From positions 864 through 64,863 of the forward strand of contig JACQBR010000008.1 in assembly GCA_016194335.1 (NCBI GenBank): a stretch of DNA of 64,000 bases, read 5' to 3'. Shown here piece by piece: positions 58,353 through 64,000 of this stretch (within the stretch, counting starts at the first letter, position 1; every line of letters starts with the position of its first letter). The translations under genes were made by a program, and so were the position numbers. The DNA comes from Candidatus Micrarchaeota archaeon. Its GTDB lineage: Archaea > Micrarchaeota > Micrarchaeia > Norongarragalinales > UBA97. The notes under the pieces are model-generated. The model saw only the letters and a program-made list of their open reading frames with translations. It searched no databases and was not told the DNA's origin.

Positions 58353-59090
58353 ATGGACCGCAAAACCGCTCGCAAGCTCGCCCACGCCGAGATGGAGATG
58401 CGGCGTTCGGACGAAGGGTCGTTCCTAAGGCAGATCATCCTCGGCGGCCAGGATGGCCTTGTGAATGTGTTGGGCGTGCTTCTCGGAGTCGCGTCGGGCA
58501 CTTCCGACACCGGCATCGTAATCATCGCCGGGCTTGCCGCGACTTTTGCGGAGAGCATTTCCATGGCCGCAGTCGCCTACACCTCCTCGAAGGCAGAGCA
58601 GGATTTCTACCGCAAGGAGTTCGAGAGGGAAAAGCGGGAAATAAGGGAGCTTCCCGAGGTGGAGACCGAGGAGATTCGCCTCATTTACATGAAAAAGGGG
58701 TTCCGGGGCAGCCAACTCAATTCCATCGTGAAGAAAATCACTTCCGACCAGAAGGTCTGGCTGCAGGTGATGATGCAGGAGGAACTCGGCCTTTCCGAGT
58801 CGGAGAAGGTTAACCCCCTGCGCGAGGGAATCGTAGTGGGTCTTGCGGCTTTGGCCGGCTCGCTCGTCCCCCTCATCCCGTTCTTCCTCCTTCCCCTCCA
58901 GTCCGCGGTAATCGCCTCGCTGGCGGTTTCGATAATGGCGCTTTTCGCCATGGGCGCATACAAGGGCAAGCTCACGCTTGGCGACTGGATGCGAAGCGGG
59001 TTTGAGATTGCAGTCATCGGCATGATAGCCGCCATTGCGGGCTACGCAATCGGCGCGGCTGCCGGAAACGCCAAACTGGGCACGGGATAG
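58353..59090 (+). CDS. VIT1/CCC1 family Fe/Mn transporter
   Basis: IILGGQDGL, A..ISMA, E..E...IY..KG, MM.EELG. Confidence 0.93.
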   Translation: MDRKTARKLAHAEMEMRRSDEGSFLRQIILGGQDGLVNVLGVLLGVASGTSDTGIVIIAGLAATFAESISMAAVAYTSSKAEQDFYRKEFEREKREIRELPEVETEEIRLIYMKKGFRGSQLNSIVKKITSDQKVWLQVMMQEELGLSESEKVNPLREGIVVGLAALAGSLVPLIPFFLLPLQSAVIASLAVSIMALFAMGAYKGKLTLGDWMRSGFEIAVIGMIAAIAGYAIGAAAGNAKLGTG

Positions 59091-59171
59091 GGGAGTGTGG
59101 GGGTCGGGGAAGGCGCAAACTCTTTTTCCCCCATCAAACGGTCTTTCCGAAAAAGCCCCAATCGCCAGGTT

Positions 59172-59735
59172 TTATTTCCAGAAGGAGCCCAGCCAGCTGA
59201 AGAAGCCTGAAAGAAAGTCGTAGATTCCGTTGCCTTGCGTGACGGCGAGGCCGGTAACGGGGGCCGGTTCGCCTGAAGAAGCGGGTTGGCCTGCGCCTTC
59301 AGTTTCGGCCAACTCTATTTTCGCTTCCGCCCTCGCCTCCGCCCCTCCCGAATCCGAGGCAACCGCCCTCACCGTAATCGTGCCCGGCGCCTGCACGAGT
59401 TTGAGCCTGCAGGAATATTCGCAGGAAATCCCGCCGCATTCGCCCCGGCCCATTCTTTCAAACTCCAGCAAAACCCCTTTCGGATCGTAAGCCGAGCATT
59501 GCGCCGACTTTTCCACAACGTCGCCGGCGCCGTTGTTGTCCGAAATGGAGAAAACCGCCTCGAGCCCGCCCCCCCGCGCAACTGCGCTCTCAAAACGGAT
59601 TTCGGGAGGCGAGTTGGCGATGCTCACGCTCGTGCCCACCGCGTCGGCTGCGACAAAATTGGCCGGGAGGACGAGCATCAAGACTGCAATTGCTGCGGCA
59701 ATGAGGTTCAAACTTTTTTTCATGTCGTTTTCCAT
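59172..59735 (-). CDS. Secreted Ig-like protein
   Basis: Signal peptide, N.PP.I and ISD.NG motifs, C-terminal TG.AV...F.SWL. Confidence 0.65.
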   Translation of the reverse strand: MENDMKKSLNLIAAAIAVLMLVLPANFVAADAVGTSVSIANSPPEIRFESAVARGGGLEAVFSISDNNGAGDVVEKSAQCSAYDPKGVLLEFERMGRGECGGISCEYSCRLKLVQAPGTITVRAVASDSGGAEARAEAKIELAETEGAGQPASSGEPAPVTGLAVTQGNGIYDFLSGFFSWLGSFWK

Positions 59736-59740
59736 CTCCT

Positions 59741-60121
59741 CTAGCTTCGTCTCGCGCCGGCAAGGCGTTTGAATTTAACGTGAATCATCGTGACCGTGCG
59801 CGCCTCATTCATCACGCTCGTGCGGTAGACGGTCTGGATGTCGTGAATGGCGAGGCCCGCGAGCCTGCACGCCTCTTCCAACGGCTCGTGGTCCCTGATG
59901 TTGAGCGCGGTGATGCCTGCGGCCGTGATTATGGAATCCGATATATTGGGTGCGTGGTCTATCGCTATGTAAATGCCGCTTCCGTCGTTTGGGACCAGCA
60001 CCTTGCTCCGATGGAATGCCGATTGGTCGACTACCGACTTGATTATGGGCCTGAACTTCCGCAAGATAACGGCATCAACCCGCGAAGCCGCACTTTCCGC
60101 AACGCGCCTTGTTTCGTTCAT
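59741..60121 (-). CDS. Hypothetical protein
   Basis: 126-aa ORF between speB and the secreted protein, same strand. Confidence 0.55.
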   Translation of the reverse strand: MNETRRVAESAASRVDAVILRKFRPIIKSVVDQSAFHRSKVLVPNDGSGIYIAIDHAPNISDSIITAAGITALNIRDHEPLEEACRLAGLAIHDIQTVYRTSVMNEARTVTMIHVKFKRLAGARRS

Positions 60122-60179
60122 TTCCCTTACCGCCTCCCGTCCTTAAATTTCACGGCCCCGTCACCCGCAAGTTCCTCCT

Positions 60180-61193
60180 CTACCGCATTGATTTCGCAAA
60201 AGCGCTTGCCGCAATGAAATAGGCCAGCTTTGCCGCGAGAAAATCCGGGGCGGCCAAGCCCGGAATGGGCGAGAGTTCCACGACGTCCGCGCCGACGATG
60301 TTGCGGGCCATTGCGACTTCACGAATTATTTTCGTCACCTGCCACCAGAGGAGGCCGTTGGGTTCGGGCGTTCCCACCGAGGGCATGATTGACGGGTCGA
60401 GGCCGTCGAGGTCGAAAGAAAGGTAAACGTCCCTCTTGAGTTTGGGAAGGATTCTTTTCTGAATGATCTTGTCGAGATTTGCGCCGTTTCCTTTCCCGCC
60501 ATCGTTGAACTCGTGCGCAAAAACAATCTCCACGCCCGCCTTCCCTGCGTTTGCAAGCTCCTGCTCCCCCGCGCTCCTCACCCCCACAATAACTTCGCCG
60601 ATTTTTTCATTCGCGATTGACGGGGTGATGTCGGCAATCTTTTCGCCCCGCAGGGTCGCGGCGACTCGCTTGGCTCCGCCCGAGTTTCCCGCATCTGCAA
60701 TCCTCGCGCCGACCGAAGCGTGGGAATAGCCGGAGCCTTCGTACTCGTCCCACCAGTCGGCGTGCGCGTCGAAACACAGAACGGAAGCGTCTTTTGCGTG
60801 AAAATGCTGTGCGATTGCCTGAACCGCGCCGATGGTGATGGAATGTTCGCCTCCCAGCATCAGCGGGAATTTCTTTTTCTCAAGAACCTGCCCGACAACG
60901 TCCTTCACGCGCCCGACCGTTTCCTTCGAGTCACCACGCGCGGGTTCCAGCTCGTTGAGGGTGAAAAAACCGACTTGCTTTTCGGCGTTGAACTTCAGTT
61001 CCGAATCGTATGGCTCGAGAAACCTCGAGGCGGAAATGATTGCGTGCGGGCCTTCGCGCGCGCCCGTCCCGTAGGTGGCGGTGGAGTCGAAAGGCACTGG
61101 GAGAACCGCCACTCGCGCGCGTTCAAACGCCTTTTCGCCGTCCTGCCCGCTTCCGCAGAAGTTGTACGGCGGGAGGGAATGGAGGAGCTTCAT
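60180..61193 (-). CDS. speB: Agmatinase
   Basis: GAREGP, LGGEHS, FDAHAD, SFDLDGLDPS..P.VGTPEP.G. Confidence 0.94.
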   Translation of the reverse strand: MKLLHSLPPYNFCGSGQDGEKAFERARVAVLPVPFDSTATYGTGAREGPHAIISASRFLEPYDSELKFNAEKQVGFFTLNELEPARGDSKETVGRVKDVVGQVLEKKKFPLMLGGEHSITIGAVQAIAQHFHAKDASVLCFDAHADWWDEYEGSGYSHASVGARIADAGNSGGAKRVAATLRGEKIADITPSIANEKIGEVIVGVRSAGEQELANAGKAGVEIVFAHEFNDGGKGNGANLDKIIQKRILPKLKRDVYLSFDLDGLDPSIMPSVGTPEPNGLLWWQVTKIIREVAMARNIVGADVVELSPIPGLAAPDFLAAKLAYFIAASAFAKSMR

Positions 61194-61499
61194 TTCGATA
61201 ATTATCTATGGCCGGAGCGCCTATTATTGGATGAGGGTGCGTGCGGGTTCGGGAATGTGCCTCTGCACACCTCAACGCTTTTAAAGCATTTGCGCCCTAA
61301 AAGTTATGTTGGCTGATAGGCTTATCATGGCTGATTGTAAGTTGCGCATGCAAGTGCGTTTGGTCTGAATCGATTTTGGTTGGGCAAGTCCTAAGCTCGC
61401 GCTATTGCCATCAATTTGAATGCATTTTTTCCAGCGATTGTTTTTTTTTTTTAGCGAAAATGGGAAAACAAAAAATTCCAATAGGGGTGTTTTGAGAAA

Positions 61500-62777
61500 A
61501 TGTCTGACAAACCGCACTTGAACCTGATTTTCACCGGCCACGTCGACCACGGCAAGTCCACTTCGGTCGGCAGGCTGCTTTACGAAACCGGCGCGCTTAG
61601 CGAAAACGAGCTGCGCAAGCTCAAGGAAGAGGCGGTCAAGGTGGGCAAGGCGACTTTCGAATTCGCCTTCGCAATGGACAAGCTCAAGGAGGAACGCGAG
61701 CGCGGGGTCACCATCGACATCGCCCACCGCGACTTCACAACCAACAAGTTTTACTTCACCATCATCGACGCGCCGGGGCACAAGGACTTCGTGAAGAACA
61801 TGATTACCGGCGCGAGCCAAGCCGACGCGGCGGTGCTGGTCTGCTCGGCAAAGGAAGGCATCCAGGCCCAGACGATTGAGCACGCGTTCCTCCTCAAGGT
61901 GCTTGGAGTGAGCCAGTTCATCATCGGCGTTAACAAGATGGACGCGGTCAACTACGACAGGCAGGCTTTCGAGAAGACCAAGATGGAGCTTTCCGCCAAG
62001 CTCAAGCCCATGGGCTACCCGGTTGACAAGATTAACTTCATCCCCTACAGCGCCTACCAGGGCGACAACGTCGCGAAGAAGAGCGACAAGATGGCGTGGT
62101 ACACCGGCCCGACCCTGCTTGAGGCCCTTGACCTGCTTGTCGAGCCGAAGAAGCCCACCGACAAGCCCCTGCGACTGCCGATTCAGGAAGTTTTCACCAT
62201 CACCGGCCAGGGGACCGTTCCCGTTGGCCGCGTGGAGTCGGGCATCCTCAAGCCCAACATGGCAGTAATCATCATGCCTGCGAACAAGACGGGTGAGGTG
62301 AAGACGATTGAAATGCACCACCAGCAGCTAACGCAGGCCATTCCCGGCGACAACGTCGGCTTTGCCCTCAAGGGAGTTGACAAGAAGGACATCACCCGCG
62401 GCAACGTGCTAGGGGACCCCAAGAGCCCGCCCACCGTCGCCGAGGAATTCACCGCGCAAATCGTGGTGCTCAACCACCCCACCGCAATAGGGAAGAACTA
62501 CGCGCCCGTCTTCCACATCCACACGGCCCAGCTGGCGTGCTCGATTACCGAACTGGTCGAGAGGAAGGACCCCAAGACCGGCCAGACGGCGCAGAAGAAC
62601 CCCGAGTTCATCAAGACCGGCGACGTCGCAATCATCAAGGTCAAGCCCACCAAGCCCGTGGTTGTCGAGAAATACGGCGACTTTCCCGCTTTGGGGAGGT
62701 TCGCCATCCGCGACATGGGACAGACCGTCGCCGCTGGCATCGTGCTCGAAGTGGTCCCCAAGAAGGACCTCAAGTAA
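61500..62777 (+). CDS. tuf: Elongation factor EF-1alpha
   Basis: GHVDHGKST, ERERGVTID, DAPGHKDF, NKMD, GRFAIRDMG. Confidence 0.98.
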   Translation: MSDKPHLNLIFTGHVDHGKSTSVGRLLYETGALSENELRKLKEEAVKVGKATFEFAFAMDKLKEERERGVTIDIAHRDFTTNKFYFTIIDAPGHKDFVKNMITGASQADAAVLVCSAKEGIQAQTIEHAFLLKVLGVSQFIIGVNKMDAVNYDRQAFEKTKMELSAKLKPMGYPVDKINFIPYSAYQGDNVAKKSDKMAWYTGPTLLEALDLLVEPKKPTDKPLRLPIQEVFTITGQGTVPVGRVESGILKPNMAVIIMPANKTGEVKTIEMHHQQLTQAIPGDNVGFALKGVDKKDITRGNVLGDPKSPPTVAEEFTAQIVVLNHPTAIGKNYAPVFHIHTAQLACSITELVERKDPKTGQTAQKNPEFIKTGDVAIIKVKPTKPVVVEKYGDFPALGRFAIRDMGQTVAAGIVLEVVPKKDLK

Positions 62778-62895
62778 GGGCGGTTTTGGAAAATGCCGGC
62801 ATTTCCGTTTTTTTGCCGGCAAAACAAATTCTTTTGATTGAACCAGACGGACATTCTTTCGCTTTTAAACCTCACAAAAAGGCATTTGAACAAAA

Positions 62896-63201
62896 ATGAG
62901 CAAGGCCCGCATCAAGCTCGAGAGCCAGGAAGTGGCCGACATCGACGAAGTCTGCAGCCAGATCAAGGGCATTGCTGAGAAGGCGGGCGTGGAGATGAAG
63001 GGCCCCGTGCCCCTGCCCACCAAGAAGCTCAAGATTTCCACGCGCAAGACCCCGTGCGGCGACGGGAGCGACACTTACGAAAAGTGGGAGATGCGCATCC
63101 ACAAGCGCCTGATTGAAGTGTTCGCCGACGACCGCGTGCTGCGCGAAGTGATGCGCATCAGAATCCCCCCTTCGGTCAACGTCGAAATGACGCTTGGCTG
63201 A
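62896..63201 (+). CDS. rps10: 30S ribosomal protein S10 (uS10)
   Basis: GPVPLPTK, RKTPCGDGS.T..KWEMRIHKRLI. Confidence 0.97.
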   Translation: MSKARIKLESQEVADIDEVCSQIKGIAEKAGVEMKGPVPLPTKKLKISTRKTPCGDGSDTYEKWEMRIHKRLIEVFADDRVLREVMRIRIPPSVNVEMTLG

Positions 63202-63230
63202 GAAACAAGCGAATTCCTCTTGCGGCCTTT

Positions 63231-63926
63231 TCACCCGGCATCCCTCTTTCTGTTCACGTAAGCCGGTTTTTCGGTATGCAGCAGGTTTGGCATCAAGGTT
63301 ACCATCCCAACCTTGCCCGAAAGGAGGATGTTGGCATAAGTTCTTCCCGCACACCCGCCGCTGATGGGAATGTAACCTTCAGGCATTCCATTCTTTACCC
63401 ACTTGCCCTCGATTGCTGCGATACGGCTGTTTCTTTCCCTATCGCTTGCATCTTCCATTGAATACATCCCGCCCACCTGAAGGCGCTTCACTCCAAGCTC
63501 TTGCAGGAGTTCGCAAAGTTTTTTCAGCTTCCTGTCAACGAGAAAAGGATTTTTGGCGTAGAGGATCGGTTCCTGGCTTTCGCCCGTCAATAAAACCAGC
63601 CTGTTTCTCTTTCCCCCAGTCACACGGCTTATTGTTTGAGGGTTTGACAGGATGAAATCCAATTCATCCTCGCCCCAAGTGTTGTGGAGGACGAACACGG
63701 GCAGTTTGGAGTGGTTCAGAAAGTAAGCCACGCGCCTTTGGAAATCCTTCTCTGCGGGATAATCTGCGCTGCGGAAGTAGTACGGGTGCACCAGGATTGC
63801 CGCCCTGCCCCCGCTTTCCCTTATCAATTTACTCATTTCGGCTTTCCGTTCCTGCGGTATCGAACCGATTAACACCGCGGAATTTTCCTTCTCCCTCCGG
63901 CGGGGGCCAAAAAAACGCTCCAACAT
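63231..63926 (-). CDS. Hypothetical protein
   Basis: Long ORF convergent with rps10; ILVHPYY and GGC motifs, family not recognised. Confidence 0.55.
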   Translation of the reverse strand: MLERFFGPRRREKENSAVLIGSIPQERKAEMSKLIRESGGRAAILVHPYYFRSADYPAEKDFQRRVAYFLNHSKLPVFVLHNTWGEDELDFILSNPQTISRVTGGKRNRLVLLTGESQEPILYAKNPFLVDRKLKKLCELLQELGVKRLQVGGMYSMEDASDRERNSRIAAIEGKWVKNGMPEGYIPISGGCAGRTYANILLSGKVGMVTLMPNLLHTEKPAYVNRKRDAG

Positions 63927-64000
63927 CCTTGAGAGAGCCACATTCGCCACTTTAATAACCTTGATGAAGGGAATTTTAATAAACAAGCCGGGATGGCAGA

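Overview
A 64 kb core-genome segment of an archaeon. My inference is a GC-rich DPANN lineage such as Micrarchaeota, based on archaeal information-processing genes, an S-layer protein, split RpoB''/B' and a fused RpoA'/A''. It holds the psmB-aCPSF1 pair, aRF1, SerRS, PEP synthase, the L15e/RNase P/proteasome/exosome superoperon, three tRNAs (Pro, intron-containing Tyr, Asp), the rpoH-B''-B'-A operon and the L30e-nusA-S12-S7-EF2...EF1A-S10 cluster. Interspersed are toxin-antitoxin modules (VapBC, HicBA, Fic, an AbiEii remnant) and surface proteins. The most striking observation is a 36-nt, stop-containing insertion in the P-loop (HGK|TT) of the EF-2 gene. It folds into a relaxed bulge-helix-bulge motif whose canonical cleavage positions restore HGKTT exactly, so it is a candidate tRNA-type (EndA-spliced) intron in an essential mRNA. 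Three other essential genes carry inteins at conserved motifs: aRF1 directly after GGQ, aCPSF1 directly after HxHxDH, and RpoA''. Further oddities are an unannotated acidic Trp-repeat microprotein, a possible -1 frameshift gene, an SLT-like transglycosylase and a tRNA-Asp-anchored Fic mini-island. All family assignments come from motif recognition by eye; no searches were run.
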